Shown in pieces: positions 28,339 through 38,472 of a stretch of 64,000 bases of DNA. The notes under the pieces were generated by a model. That model made no database searches. It saw only the letters and a program-made list of their open reading frames with translations, and had not been told where the DNA came from. The stretch is from Acidobacteriota bacterium (GTDB lineage: Bacteria; Acidobacteriota; Thermoanaerobaculia; Gp7-AA8), in the NCBI GenBank assembly GCA_019244185.1, contig JAFATB010000014.1, positions 672,001 to 736,000 of the forward strand. The letters are read 5' to 3'. Position 1 is the first letter of the stretch, and each line of letters opens with the position of its first letter. The translations under genes were made by a program, and so were the position numbers.

Positions 28339-30426
28339 TCAGGGGTTCGTGATCTTCGTGACGAACGCGTCGACGTCGCCGCCGCCGTACGTGTTCTGGA
28401 TGGAACTGCCGGAGGTGCCGGGGAAGCTCGTGGAGCTCGTCCAGCCGGTGAGATACGCGGCGCCGGAGCCGTCGACCGCGATGCGCACACCGAAGTCGTC
28501 GCCCGTGTCGCCGAGGAACGTCGACTGCACGATCGCCGAGCCAGCGGCATTGAGCTCGGTGAAGAACGCGTCGATGCCTCCCGCGTTGGCGGACTGGATC
28601 GAACCGCCGCTCACGCCGGGAAACGACGTGGAGAGCGTCGAGCCGACGATGTAGACGTTGCCCGAGCCATCGACGCCGACGCAGCCGACGAACGTCGCGT
28701 CGATGTCGGCGTCGCCGAGGAACGTCGACCAGGAGATCGCCGAGCCGGCCGCATTCAGCTTCGTGACGAAGATGTCGAGCGAGCCTGCGTTGGCCGGTTG
28801 CAGCGAGCCGCCGCTCACGCCCGGGAACGACGTGGAGTCCGTGTTGCCGACGACGACGGCGTTGCCGGAGCCGTCCACGGCGATGCCGTTGCCGACGTCC
28901 ATGCCGCTGTCGCCGAGGAAAGTGGAGTAGACGATGGAGGAGCCGGCGGCGTTGATCTTCGTGACGAATGCGTCGAGCCCGCCGCCGTTTGCGCTCTGGA
29001 TCGAGCCGCCGCTGACGCCGGGAAAGCTCGTGGAATCCGTCTGTCCGGTGACGTACGCATTGCCCGAGCCGTCGACGGCGACCATGTTGGCGACTTCGTC
29101 GCCGCTGTCGCCGAGGTAGGTCGCCCAGGCGACGGTGCCGGTGGAGCCGACTCTCGCCACGAACGCGTCGCCGTTGCCGCCGATGCTCGACTGCACGGCA
29201 TTGAGCACGGGGAAGTCGCTCGAGGCTGTCGAGCCGGCGACGTACGCATCGCCGCTGCTCGTCACGGCCAGCTCCTGCGCGACGTCGTCCGCGCTGCCGC
29301 CGAGGTACGTCGACCAGAGGATGGACGAGCCGGTGGAGTCGAGCGCGGTGAGGAACGCGTCGCGCGTGCCGCCGCCGTACGACGGCTGATAGGAGCCGCC
29401 GCTGACGCCGGGGAACGAACCGGTCGTGCCGCCCGCGACGTACGCGTTGCCGGAGCCGTCGACACCGATGCCCTGGCCATAGTCGGTGCCGCTGCCGCCG
29501 AGGAACGTCGAGTAGACGATGGCGGTGCCCGCGGCGTTGATCTTGGTCACGAACGCGTCGTAGTCGCCGCCGTTCGCCGGCTGGAGCGAGCCGCCGCTCA
29601 CACCGGTGAACGACGTCGATTCGACGAGGCCGGTCAGGTACGCGTTGCCGTCTCCATCGACGGCGATGGACAGGCCTTCGTCCGCGGCGCTGTCGCCGAG
29701 GTACGTCGAGTACGCGATCGTCGGATCGATGACGAGCGGCTGGTTGCGATCATGACGTCCGATGGCGAAGCCGACCTGCCGATGAGCGTCGAGCGTGTAG
29801 CGCCCATCGATCCGCCGCCGATGGCCGTCGATGTCCTGATAGACGTCCGGCCGCGGCTGCACGAGATCGCCGGCCGCGGTCTGCAGCACGAGATCGCCGT
29901 TGGGCGCGAGGTGGAGGGCCCGCGCGCCGTCGAACGCCATGCGGATCTGCCGCGCGTTCGCGCCCGGCGCGAGAACGAAGTCGTACTCAAGGCGCTGCCG
30001 GTTGCCGTGATAGAGGAGATCGATGCCGGGATAGACACTCTCGTAGCGCACCCTCCCGTAATTCGGGACGCCTGTATGCCACTGCGAGGCGTCGTTGCCG
30101 TGGAAGTAGTTCGTTTTCGTCGCGAGCGGCTCTTCGCCCGCAATCCGCGGCGTCGCGTTCGCGCCGCTGAGACGCCAGCGGACGGCCGCGCCGTCGAGCT
30201 TCACGATCGCTTCGCGCTGCGTGAAGAAGACGCTGTAACCCTGGCCGCGGCTGAGGAAGCGGACCTCCGGATCCGCCTGCCCGCGATTCGCCTCGAAGAC
30301 GAGCGGCAATTTTCCGTACGCACCCGCGATCCGGGCGTGCTCCACCGCGCGCGGCGCGCCCAGGGCGGCCGTGGCGAGCAACGCGCTCGCCGTCAGTACC
30401 GAGAGTGACTGCAGAGAAAGACGCAT
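28339..30426 (-). CDS. Secreted SBBP-repeat (beta-propeller) protein
   Basis: LPLVFEANRGQ and YPGIDLLY...LEYDFVLAPGA N-terminal domain; repeated YSTFLG...IAVDGSGNAYVTG...DAFVTKIN blades. Confidence 0.9.
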   Translation of the reverse strand: MRLSLQSLSVLTASALLATAALGAPRAVEHARIAGAYGKLPLVFEANRGQADPEVRFLSRGQGYSVFFTQREAIVKLDGAAVRWRLSGANATPRIAGEEPLATKTNYFHGNDASQWHTGVPNYGRVRYESVYPGIDLLYHGNRQRLEYDFVLAPGANARQIRMAFDGARALHLAPNGDLVLQTAAGDLVQPRPDVYQDIDGHRRRIDGRYTLDAHRQVGFAIGRHDRNQPLVIDPTIAYSTYLGDSAADEGLSIAVDGDGNAYLTGLVESTSFTGVSGGSLQPANGGDYDAFVTKINAAGTAIVYSTFLGGSGTDYGQGIGVDGSGNAYVAGGTTGSFPGVSGGSYQPSYGGGTRDAFLTALDSTGSSILWSTYLGGSADDVAQELAVTSSGDAYVAGSTASSDFPVLNAVQSSIGGNGDAFVARVGSTGTVAWATYLGDSGDEVANMVAVDGSGNAYVTGQTDSTSFPGVSGGSIQSANGGGLDAFVTKINAAGSSIVYSTFLGDSGMDVGNGIAVDGSGNAVVVGNTDSTSFPGVSGGSLQPANAGSLDIFVTKLNAAGSAISWSTFLGDADIDATFVGCVGVDGSGNVYIVGSTLSTSFPGVSGGSIQSANAGGIDAFFTELNAAGSAIVQSTFLGDTGDDFGVRIAVDGSGAAYLTGWTSSTSFPGTSGSSIQNTYGGGDVDAFVTKITNP

Positions 30427-30607
30427 GAACCCTCCTTTTTTAGAACCGATGGAAGGGCCAACGGTGTATGGCCATGCGTCATTCCGGCCTTATTTCTTTT
30501 TGTGATGCGGTGGCTCGATGCTGCCTCGCGCGTTCCCATTCGACCCGCGCCGCATCCAACGTCGTGGCGCAGACGCCGAACAGCGTCTGCGCCACGGTTC
30601 AATCACA

Positions 30608-32320
30608 TCAGGGGAAGCAGTCGCCTTCGTCGCCGGCGTCGTTGGCCCAGATCGAGAAGTCGCTGAAGCTCGTGCCGAGCGACGACCGGCCGAACCAGCG
30701 GACCAGCGTGAGGTCGGGGGTGGCGGTGAGGCTGGCCATGCCGAGCGGCCGTCCGTACAGCAGGTCGAGCTTTCCGTCGCCGGTCGTGTCGCCGAGGCGG
30801 AACAGGTCGCCGGCGTCACCGGCGTCGTTGGCCCACGTCGTCACGTTGCCGAACGACGAGCCGGTCGACGGGCGGAAGAACCACGTCACGCCGAAGCTCG
30901 AGTTCACGCGGCCGTAGACCAGGTCGGCCTTGCCGTCGCCGTTCGCATCGCCGACGTACAGCAGGTCGCCGTCGTTGCCGGCGTCGGTGTTCCACGTCTC
31001 GAGCTTGCCGAACTTGGTGCCGTCGGAGCGGCGGACGAACCACGTCACTTCCGTCGGCGAGACCGCGCGCGCGTACACGAGGTCGGCTTTCTTGTCTTTG
31101 TCGACGTCGGCGACGAAGAACAGATCGCCGACGTCGCCCGCATCCTCGGCCCACGTGGTGAAGTTGCCGAAGCTGCTGCCGTTCGACTTGCGCACGAACC
31201 AGCGCACCGTGTTCTCGTCGAGCGGACGTCCGTAGACGAGATCCGCGCGGCCGTCGTTGTTGACGTCGGCGAGGCGGAAGATGTCGCCCGAGTCGCCGGC
31301 GTCTTCGGCCCACGTGGTGAAGTCGCCGAAGCCGCTGCCGTTCGAGAGGCGCACGAACCACGTCACCTGATTCGTCGCTTCGATGCGGCCGTAGACGAGG
31401 TCCGCGCGGCCGTCGTTGTTGACGTCGCCGGTGAGGAAGATGTCGCCCGCGTTTCCGGCGTCAGGGGCCCAGGTGGTGAAGTTGCCGAACGCCGAGCCGC
31501 TCGAGTTGCGCTCGAACCACTGCATGACGTTCGGCGACGAGAGGCGGCCGTACGTGAGATCGGCTTTCTTCCCGGCGTCTCCGTCGAGATTGGCGAGCGG
31601 CGCGAAGTGATTGCGCAGCTGCACGGCGCTCTCGAGAACGCGCCGTTCCGAGTGCACGCTGAAGAAACGGTCGCGCGTGGCGCGCTGAGGCATGGTGAGA
31701 CCCCACGACGCGCCGCTGGACATCGTGTGGAAGTTCACGTTCATGTCTTTGGTGTCGGTGAAGGCGTCGTCGCAGCCGATCGTGATCGCGTCGTCCGCGG
31801 CGTTGCAGTGGTCGAGGCCGAGGACGTGTCCGAGCTCGTGGCTGGCGGTGTGCGAGATGCCGTTGGCGATGCGCGCCGTGGTCGCATTCGAACCGGTGAA
31901 GTTCCCGTCGTCGGCGAAGCTGCCGGAGTACACCTCCAGCGCGCTCTCCATCATCTCGTTGAAGCTGCCGATGCCGGTGCAATCACCTTTCTCGCAGCAG
32001 CTTCCGCCCGCGCATCCGAAGGAGTTGCCGCCGTCGGAGTCCATGCTGAGGACTTTGACGCGCGTGAACCGCCCGTTCGCGGGCTTCGCGGTCGTGATGA
32101 CGACGTCGAACGTCGCGTAGTCCTCGGTCATGTTGGCGATGACCTGCCGTTTGATCGCCGCGAGATCCGAGGCCTGCGGCGGCTTGTTGCCGTTCACCGA
32201 GGACCACTTGTTGAGGTTGAAGCCGGAGAAGTCGACCCAGACGACGTGTCCCGCCCACGCATGGGCCGTGGACAGCATGCAGATCAGGAAAGACAGAATG
32301 AGAAATCGTTTGTTTTTCAT
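30608..32320 (-). CDS. Secreted metzincin-type metalloprotease with FG-GAP/VCBS repeats
   Basis: HELGHVLGLDH (HExxHxxGxxH) and downstream HTMS Met-turn candidate; five DVNNDGRADLVYGR-type repeats. Confidence 0.85.
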   Translation of the reverse strand: MKNKRFLILSFLICMLSTAHAWAGHVVWVDFSGFNLNKWSSVNGNKPPQASDLAAIKRQVIANMTEDYATFDVVITTAKPANGRFTRVKVLSMDSDGGNSFGCAGGSCCEKGDCTGIGSFNEMMESALEVYSGSFADDGNFTGSNATTARIANGISHTASHELGHVLGLDHCNAADDAITIGCDDAFTDTKDMNVNFHTMSSGASWGLTMPQRATRDRFFSVHSERRVLESAVQLRNHFAPLANLDGDAGKKADLTYGRLSSPNVMQWFERNSSGSAFGNFTTWAPDAGNAGDIFLTGDVNNDGRADLVYGRIEATNQVTWFVRLSNGSGFGDFTTWAEDAGDSGDIFRLADVNNDGRADLVYGRPLDENTVRWFVRKSNGSSFGNFTTWAEDAGDVGDLFFVADVDKDKKADLVYARAVSPTEVTWFVRRSDGTKFGKLETWNTDAGNDGDLLYVGDANGDGKADLVYGRVNSSFGVTWFFRPSTGSSFGNVTTWANDAGDAGDLFRLGDTTGDGKLDLLYGRPLGMASLTATPDLTLVRWFGRSSLGTSFSDFSIWANDAGDEGDCFP

Positions 32321-32335
32321 GGCGTTCTCTCTTGC

Positions 32336-33550
32336 TTAGCGGTTCGCCTGCAGGCGCGCGAGCGTCTGGCTGGCCAGCTCGCGAACGAGCTCGTTCGGAT
32401 GCGTTCTGCTGATGGAGGACAACGGATCGACGACCGAGTCGCCGCCGATCATTCCGAGCGCGACGACGACGGTCGAGTGGAGCGAGAGGTCGTCGCCTTC
32501 GCTGGCGACGCGGAACAGATCGCGCACGGCCGCGGGATCTCCGATCTTCCCGAGCGCGAGCACCGCGGCGTCGGAAAGGCCGGCATCGGATCGACGGCTC
32601 TGCGCGTCGTCGGTCGGAACGCTATCCGGCTCGACGTCGCCGTCGGGAAGAGTGGACGGCGTGCCCGGACGCTCGTCGTCGACGGTTGCCTGGCCACCGC
32701 GCTCGTCGGGATCGGCGACCGGCGACGAATCGTCTTCCGGATCGCTGGCGGGACGGACTTCGGGCAGATCCTCATCGCCCCGCGCGCTGATCTGCTGACC
32801 GGGCAGCGGCGCGATGAGCGTCAGCAGCACGGGCACGCTTTCGGACATCCGCAGATCGCCGAGGGCGGTCGTGGCCGCGATGCGCGTCGCGCGGTTCGAC
32901 GGGTCTTTGACGAGCGATTCGAGACACGGACGCGCGGCGGCGACCTGCAGCTGCCCCGACTCTCCGATGGCCCAGAGCTGCACGGCCGGCATGACGCTGC
33001 CGTCGCACGCGAAGCGCGCCAGTTGCTCGCCGTCGGCGGACGGCGTCACGTGCGCGCTCAGCTCTTCGAGGAGCGATGCGAGCAGCACCGGCGGCGTTTC
33101 GCGCGCCGTGAAATACGGCGTCACGTCGCGGAGCTGCAGGTCGGCGCCCTTCGCGAGCTCCGTTCGCACGATCGCGCTCACGACGCGAACCGCGTCGTCG
33201 CCGGAGAGGGTCTGCACGCCGTGCTCGCCCGCCACCGGCTGGAGCGTGCGCGCGTCGAGAAACGTGAGGATCCGCATTCCCGCGGACAGCGGGCGGACGT
33301 CCGTCGGATCGACGGAACTGGCGACGATCTGGACGCTTTCCTGCGGCGTCCCTTTGAGCGTCTGCTCGACCGCGACGGACATCAGGTACGTGCCGCCGTC
33401 GACCTGCCGCGTCGCGGTGACGTGTCCGATCAGAATCGTCCCCGCGCGCGCCGCCAGCTGTCCGAGCGGGATGATTCCCTGGTCCGCATGCAGCGGAACG
33501 TTGATGAGTAGCGCGAGAGCCGCGCCGGCCAACCACTTCATTCTCTTCAT
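32336..33550 (-). CDS. Secreted HEAT-repeat protein
   Basis: Signal peptide; RIAATTALGDL, AVLALGKIGD, VVALGMIGG and VRELASQTL; acidic insert. Confidence 0.7.
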   Translation of the reverse strand: MKRMKWLAGAALALLINVPLHADQGIIPLGQLAARAGTILIGHVTATRQVDGGTYLMSVAVEQTLKGTPQESVQIVASSVDPTDVRPLSAGMRILTFLDARTLQPVAGEHGVQTLSGDDAVRVVSAIVRTELAKGADLQLRDVTPYFTARETPPVLLASLLEELSAHVTPSADGEQLARFACDGSVMPAVQLWAIGESGQLQVAAARPCLESLVKDPSNRATRIAATTALGDLRMSESVPVLLTLIAPLPGQQISARGDEDLPEVRPASDPEDDSSPVADPDERGGQATVDDERPGTPSTLPDGDVEPDSVPTDDAQSRRSDAGLSDAAVLALGKIGDPAAVRDLFRVASEGDDLSLHSTVVVALGMIGGDSVVDPLSSISRTHPNELVRELASQTLARLQANR

Positions 33551-33743
33551 GAATCCCTCCTTGTTTGGATGCGGAGGAATCTAAGAATTCGGCGCGTGCC
33601 GGTCGGGACGGACTGGTCACGGTTTGGTGACCCGGCGGAACTGCTTTTGTGACGGCCGGTGGCGCGGTGCGCGCCTGCGGATCTAATTAAAGATAGAAAT
33701 TAATCTGAATTTGCCCTACGATGCTCCGCGAGAGGAGTCAGCG

Positions 33744-34400
33744 ATGACCGTGATGGAGTCCATTTTCACGCTCCCCGGATGCACCTTTTCCGAGCCGGAC
33801 GACCAGTGGTGTCCGCCGCTCGCGGAGAACCTCGGCGATTCCGTTGGAGAGCCGCGGCCCGGCCACTTCGGCACGCCCGAACGATTCTTTCAATGGTTGA
33901 AGACGATCTGGGCGTTCCCGGTCGACGCGGACGCGAGCTTTCCGCCCACCGACTTCACGCGGAACTGCCTGCTCATGGATTCGTTCGCCACCGTCTGCGG
34001 CGCGCTGCACGGATCGCTCTACTTCCGGCTGATCTTCGCGTTCTTCCCGAACCTCAGCGGTCCTCACTTCGACTTCGCCGCCAACGAAAGGATCTTCATC
34101 ACCAACTGGGCGTTCGAGACCACCAACGGAAAGCAGGACATTCTCGTCCCGGCGATCGACATCTTCGGCTTCCGCAAAGGCTACGTGAACTACCGGCTGG
34201 CGACGTTCGACGTGCCGACGCTCGTGCGCGCGTTGCTCATCGCGTATGGCGGCACGCTGCATCCGAACTTCGAGGGCAACATGGAAGAACGCATCAAGCG
34301 GTGGGCGACCGATTTCGAGTTTGCGGAGCGGGAGTATGCCGCGGTGAAGGCGATGGGTCCGGTCGCCGCCAGCGCGGTGCCTGCCCGTATCGTCTCGTAA
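33744..34400 (+). CDS. Hypothetical protein, possible NTF2/SnoaL-like fold
   Basis: GAGGAG RBS; C-terminal W..ETTNG...VPAIDIFGFRKGYV...FD resembles SnoaL-like strands. Confidence 0.45.
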   Translation: MTVMESIFTLPGCTFSEPDDQWCPPLAENLGDSVGEPRPGHFGTPERFFQWLKTIWAFPVDADASFPPTDFTRNCLLMDSFATVCGALHGSLYFRLIFAFFPNLSGPHFDFAANERIFITNWAFETTNGKQDILVPAIDIFGFRKGYVNYRLATFDVPTLVRALLIAYGGTLHPNFEGNMEERIKRWATDFEFAEREYAAVKAMGPVAASAVPARIVS

Positions 34401-34476
34401 CGCCGCGCCACGGACGGCGTCGAGGGAGATGCCGTCTTGACACGCCCTGCGCGCGCAACCACCATACGCGCCGTCC

Positions 34477-35514
34477 GTGGTCGAGTCCGTTCGCAGGGTT
34501 TTGCTCGGTGTTGGCGTCGTCGTCGCGGCGTCGATGATCCTGTTGCTTTCCGATCTGCAGCACCGCGAGCGCGGTGCGCGGAAGGCGCTCGCGCAGAAGC
34601 ACGCGTGGAAAATCTGCTTCGTGCAGTACAACGACGTCGTCGACGTGAAGGACGCGGAGCGCGGCGTCCTGGACGGCCTGCGCGAATCGGGACTCGAGGA
34701 CGGCCGCGACTTCGAGGTGAAGATCCTCAACGCGCAGGGCGACATGGCCACGGTGTCGGCGCTGATCGACACGGCCGTCACCGGCGGCGCGGATCTGCTG
34801 ATCACGTTCTCGACGCCGACGCTGCAGGCCGCGCTGCGGCGCGCGCAGAACGTGCCCGTCGTCTACAACTACGTCGCCTCGGGGCTGAAGGCGGGAGCGG
34901 GGAAGTCGAACACCGATCACGCGCCGAACGTCACCGGCGTCAGTCTCCTGCCCGCGAACGATGAAGCGCTGACGCTGCTGCGCACGTACTTTCCGTCGAT
35001 CCACCGCATCGGCGCGCTGTACTGTCCCGCGGAGACGAACATGGTCTACGCGAAAGCGTCGCTCGATGACGCGGCGAAGCGCGCCGGCTTCGAGGTCGTC
35101 TACGTTCCCGCCGAGACCGCGACGGACGTGCCGGACGCCGCGGCAGCGCTGATGTCGCGCGACATCGACGCGGTGCTGCAGATCCCGGGAAACCTCACCG
35201 CGTCGGCCTTCGGCAGCATCGGCGAGGCCGCGCGACGCGCGCACGTGCCGGTGTTCGCGTTCCAGAAATCGCAGGCCGTCGGCGGCGCGATGGTGGTCGT
35301 GGCGCGCGACTACGAAGACAGCGGCCGCCACGCCGCGCGTCTCGCCGTGCGCATCATGCGCGGCGAGAATCCGAAGAAGATTCCGCTCGAGGATTTCAGC
35401 AAGACGAATCTCATCGTGAACCTCGACGCCGCGCGCGCCCTCGGCATCCCCATGCCTCCGGCGCTCGTGCGCTCGGCGAAAGAAGTCCTCGGAGACGCGC
35501 ATGGAAATCGTTAA
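34477..35514 (+). CDS. ABC transporter substrate-binding protein (ABC_sub_bind / TrpX-like)
   Basis: NAQGD, DLLITFSTPTLQAA, NVTGV, IGALYCPAETN and LIVNLDAARALGI. Confidence 0.85.
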   Translation: MVESVRRVLLGVGVVVAASMILLLSDLQHRERGARKALAQKHAWKICFVQYNDVVDVKDAERGVLDGLRESGLEDGRDFEVKILNAQGDMATVSALIDTAVTGGADLLITFSTPTLQAALRRAQNVPVVYNYVASGLKAGAGKSNTDHAPNVTGVSLLPANDEALTLLRTYFPSIHRIGALYCPAETNMVYAKASLDDAAKRAGFEVVYVPAETATDVPDAAAALMSRDIDAVLQIPGNLTASAFGSIGEAARRAHVPVFAFQKSQAVGGAMVVVARDYEDSGRHAARLAVRIMRGENPKKIPLEDFSKTNLIVNLDAARALGIPMPPALVRSAKEVLGDAHGNR

Positions 35515-36703
35515 GGAACGCGCCGGCAACGCCGTGCACCTGCGCCTCTCCGGACGCCTCGACAACCATTGGTCGCAGTCGCTCGACGAGGCGCTGCACG
35601 AGGTCGCACGCGAAGGCGCGCGCCACGTGCGCCTCGATTGCTCCGGCGTCACGTATCTCAGCTCTGCCGCCGCGGCGGTGCTGCTGAAGCATCATCGCGA
35701 CGCGGCGGCGCTCCACGGCTCGCTCGAGATCTCCGCGGCATCCGAACGCGCGCGCAACACGCTGCGGCTCATGGGATTCGTCGAGCTGCTGCTGGCGGGA
35801 TCGGGGAGCGGTGCGGCGCGGCGCAAAACGCTGTCGATTCCGCTGCCGCTCGAGTCGGAGCGCGCGACGTACGAGAGCCGCATCCTCGACGGACGCAAAT
35901 CGGAGCTGTCGGTGATCGGCGATCCCGAGCTGAAGTCGTCGTCGTCCGCGCTCTCGATCTACCGCGACGTCTTCGCCCTCGGCGTCGGCGCGCTCGGCGC
36001 GAACCACGACGACTGCCGCGAGCGTTTCGGCGAGTTCGTGGCCGCCGCCGGCGGCGCCGCGTTCATGCCGACGGACGGCACCGCCACTCCCGATTACATG
36101 GTCAGCGCGGTCGGACTCGTACCGACGGTGCACGCGCTGTCCGCGATCACGTTTCGCGGCGCGCCGAGCCATCAGCTGCGCTTCGAATCGAACACCGCGG
36201 ATGCGGGCGTGCCGCTGAGCGACGTCGTCCGCGCGAGCGCGTCGCTCGCGGCCACGCCTACGTTCGGCATCGTCATGGCGGCCGACATCGCCGGCCTCGT
36301 TTGCACGCGCCTCCGCCGCTCGCCCGCGCGCGAAGGCATTCAGTTCGATTTTCCCGCCGTGCGCGACTGGCTCTCGTTCACGAGCGAGCGCGAGTTCGCG
36401 CGCTTCAGCTGTCTCGTCGTCGGCGTCGCCTCCGCGTCGCCGTCCGCCGCGCTCGCGCCCTTCGTGCGACCGATGAGCGACGAGCATCACGGTCACTTCC
36501 ACGCGGTCGTGTCGGCCTTCCGCTCGCTGCCGCGCGGCAAGCTGCAGGTCGGGGACATCGTCACCGCGTGGCTGCAGCCGCGCAGTCTCGTCTCGGTCGT
36601 GCACCTGCTGCGCGACGCACGGACGCCGGAAGGCGGTAGCGAGAGCGAGTTCCAGCGCGGCGCATGCTGGGTCTTCCCGATCGCGGAGGGGAGCGCGTCA
36701 TGA
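35501..36703 (+). CDS. STAS (anti-anti-sigma-like) domain fused to an unknown ~290-aa domain
   Basis: LRLSGRLD...RLDCSGVTYLSSAA...LMG STAS pattern. Confidence 0.75.
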   Translation: MEIVKERAGNAVHLRLSGRLDNHWSQSLDEALHEVAREGARHVRLDCSGVTYLSSAAAAVLLKHHRDAAALHGSLEISAASERARNTLRLMGFVELLLAGSGSGAARRKTLSIPLPLESERATYESRILDGRKSELSVIGDPELKSSSSALSIYRDVFALGVGALGANHDDCRERFGEFVAAAGGAAFMPTDGTATPDYMVSAVGLVPTVHALSAITFRGAPSHQLRFESNTADAGVPLSDVVRASASLAATPTFGIVMAADIAGLVCTRLRRSPAREGIQFDFPAVRDWLSFTSEREFARFSCLVVGVASASPSAALAPFVRPMSDEHHGHFHAVVSAFRSLPRGKLQVGDIVTAWLQPRSLVSVVHLLRDARTPEGGSESEFQRGACWVFPIAEGSAS

Positions 36704-37626
36704 CGCTGCTGCTCTCCGCATGGACGATCGGCTTGATTCTGTCGCTGCTGGCGCTCGGCATCTACATCAGCTACCGCGTCTTCAAGTTCGCCGACATCAC
36801 GGCCGACGGCTCGATCACGTTCGGCGCGGCGGTGGCGGCGGCGATGCTGACGCGCGGCGTGCATCCGGTCACCGCGAGCGTGACCGCATTCTTCGCCGGA
36901 TGTCTCGCCGGACTCTGCACCGGCGTGCTGCACACGCGCTTCAAGATCAATCAACTGCTGTCCGGCATCCTGGTGATGACCGCGCTCTATTCGATCAACC
37001 TGCATGTGATGGGCTCGAGCAACATCCCGCTGCTCTCTGTCACGACCATTACCACGTACGCGCAGAGCCTCGGCCGCTGGATCACCGGCCACGACTCGGC
37101 GACACTCCTCGGCTGGCCGGTGAATGCGCGCGACGTCGGCTCGCTGCTGCTCGTCGGCGCGATCGTGTTCGTCATCGCCCTCCTCGCCTGGCTGTTCTTC
37201 CGCACGAACCTCGGCAGCGCCATGCGCGCGTCCGGCGACAACGAGCAGATGATCCGCGCGCTCGGCGTGAGCGTGGAGAACATGATCGTCCTCGGCCTCT
37301 GCGTCGCGAACGGCCTGGTCGCATTCGCCGGGGCGCTGCTCGCGCAGTACCAGGGCTTCGCGGACGTGCAGATGGGCATCGGCATGATCGTCTGGGGCCT
37401 CGCGAGCGTGATCATCGGACGCGCGCTGATCGGCACCGACAGCGTCGGCGCCGCGCTCATCGGCACGATCATGGGCTCGGTGTTGTTTCGTCTGATCGTC
37501 GCGCTCGCGCTGCGCTGGGGCCTCAATCCGAACGACCTCAAGCTCGTCACCGCGCTGTTCGTGTTCGGCGCGCTCGTGCTGCCCACGCTCATGCAGAGAG
37601 TGAAACGCCATGCTCCAGCTACGTGA
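36700..37626 (+). CDS. ABC transporter permease (BPD_transp_2)
   Basis: ALGIYISYRV...ADITADGS, LLSGILVMTALYSINL and GFADVQMGIGMIVWGLASVIIG. Confidence 0.9.
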   Translation: MTLLLSAWTIGLILSLLALGIYISYRVFKFADITADGSITFGAAVAAAMLTRGVHPVTASVTAFFAGCLAGLCTGVLHTRFKINQLLSGILVMTALYSINLHVMGSSNIPLLSVTTITTYAQSLGRWITGHDSATLLGWPVNARDVGSLLLVGAIVFVIALLAWLFFRTNLGSAMRASGDNEQMIRALGVSVENMIVLGLCVANGLVAFAGALLAQYQGFADVQMGIGMIVWGLASVIIGRALIGTDSVGAALIGTIMGSVLFRLIVALALRWGLNPNDLKLVTALFVFGALVLPTLMQRVKRHAPAT

Positions 37627-38422
37627 GTTGCAGAAGACGTTCTTCGCGGGCACGCCGAACGAAGTGCGTGCGTTGCGCGGCGTGTCGCTGCAGATCGAGG
37701 ACGGCTCGTTCGTCATCGTCATCGGCACGAACGGCTCGGGGAAGTCGACGCTGCTGAACGCGGTCGCGGGCAGTTTCTTCGTCGATCGCGGCGCGATTCA
37801 GATCGCGGGGAAGGACGTCACGCGCTGGCCGGAGCATCGCCGCGCGTCGATGATCGGACGCGTCTTTCAGAATCCCTTCAGCGGCACCGCGCCGACGATG
37901 ACGGTCGCCGAGAACCTCGCGCTCGCGGCGCGGCGCGGTCAGCCGCGCGGGCTGGGGCGGCTGCTGCCGGCGCGGATCCAGAAAGAGCTGCGCGACCGCG
38001 TGGCCTCGCTGAACATGCAGCTCGAGACGCGCATGCACAATCCGATCGGCACGCTCTCCGGCGGCCAGCGCCAGGCGCTGACGCTGCTGATGGCGACGTG
38101 GCGGCGCCCCGATCTGCTGCTGCTCGACGAGCACACCGCGGCGCTCGATCCGAAGAGCGCCGATCAGATCGTGCGGCTCACCGAGGAGATCGTGTCCGAG
38201 CATCGGCTGACGACGCTGATGGTGACGCACTCGATGCAGCAGGCGGCGACGCTCGGCGACCGCATCGTGATGATGAATCAGGGCAACGTGCACGCCGACT
38301 ACGCCGGCGCGCACCGCCGCCACCTCCGCGCCGACGATCTCGTCCGCCGCTTCGACGAGATCCGCCGCGAGGAACGCCTCGACGCCTCCGCGGCGCAGCT
38401 GTTGCGCGAGACCTACGTCTGA
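37610..38422 (+). CDS. ABC transporter ATP-binding protein
   Basis: GTNGSGKST, LSGGQRQAL, LLLLDEHTAALDP and MVTH. Confidence 0.95.
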   Translation: MLQLRELQKTFFAGTPNEVRALRGVSLQIEDGSFVIVIGTNGSGKSTLLNAVAGSFFVDRGAIQIAGKDVTRWPEHRRASMIGRVFQNPFSGTAPTMTVAENLALAARRGQPRGLGRLLPARIQKELRDRVASLNMQLETRMHNPIGTLSGGQRQALTLLMATWRRPDLLLLDEHTAALDPKSADQIVRLTEEIVSEHRLTTLMVTHSMQQAATLGDRIVMMNQGNVHADYAGAHRRHLRADDLVRRFDEIRREERLDASAAQLLRETYV

Positions 38423-38472
38423 CGCGCGGCCCGTCCTGTACGACCCATATCGTGTTTGTTGTTGAACGGCGC

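Noticed and set aside
28339-31560. Regularly spaced DNA repeats that might look like a CRISPR array
   Set aside because: They are in-frame coding repeats (SBBP and FG-GAP blades, about 180 bp period), degenerate at third positions, with no cas genes.
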